A DNA stretch of 34,460 nt from Chiloscyllium plagiosum (lineage: Eukaryota), in the NCBI RefSeq assembly GCF_004010195.1, contig NC_057750.1:11283539-11317998 (forward strand), read 5' to 3'. Shown piece by piece: positions 34,195 through 34,460 of this stretch; position 1 is the stretch's first letter, and each line of letters opens with the position of its first letter. The position numbers and the translations under genes were made by a program. Under the pieces are notes generated by a model that had not been told where the DNA came from, searched no databases, and saw only the letters and a program-made list of their open reading frames with translations.

Positions 34195-34460
34195 AGGAGA
34201 AAGTGAGGACTGCAGATGCTGGAGATCAGAGCTGAAAATGTGTTGCTGGAAAAGCGCAGCAGGTCAGGCAGCATCCAAGGAGCAGGAGAATCGACGTTTC
34301 GGGCATGAGCCCTTCTTCAGGAATGAGGAAAGTGTGTCCAGCAGGCTAAGATAAAAGGTAGGGAGGAGGGACTTGGGGAAGGGGCTCTGGAAATGCGATA
34401 GGTGGAAGGAGGTCAAGGTGAGAGTGATAGGCCGGAGTGGGGGTGGGGGCAGAGAGGTCA
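34195..34460 (-). mobile_element. PLE family A terminal repeat with intact hammerhead core (34293-34320), truncated by window end
   Basis: Reverse complement of 1-255; minus strand reads CTGAAGA-A-GGGC(TCAT)GCCC-GAAA-CG-TC. Confidence 0.82.

Noticed and set aside
1..34460. The window ends are inverted copies of each other, suggesting giant terminal inverted repeats
   Set aside because: The same repeat occurs internally several times and is a dispersed PLE end. No transposase is present; contig or window breaks at abundant repeats explain it.

Overview
Vertebrate genomic DNA, most likely a cartilaginous fish (shark); this is inferred from the repeat families and not proven. About 85-90% (estimated by eye) is nested, decayed retroelements: an L1 interrupted by a CR1, more CR1 pieces, a Rex1/Babar LINE, a Tx1-type L1, two Gypsy LTR elements, and many Penelope-like (PLE) 3' ends carrying minimal hammerhead ribozyme motifs. 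Embedded in this are two intact, intronless, same-strand thioredoxin-family ORFs about 7 kb apart (9842-10417 and 17543-17863, both minus), each in its own CpG-rich island. Both have non-canonical active sites (WCETC, WCNNC) and both carry Phe at the conserved Asp26 position. They share an upstream TGACGT...GCAARCCACACCCA module, and one has an ~85-aa Lys/Ala/Gly/Pro-rich N-terminal extension. This atypical thioredoxin retrogene pair is the best candidate for an undescribed system. Secondary points: four fold-back (palindromic) PLE insertions with 14-16 bp target-site duplications, a 74-bp inverted locally templated insertion, and a 396-bp tandem duplication.
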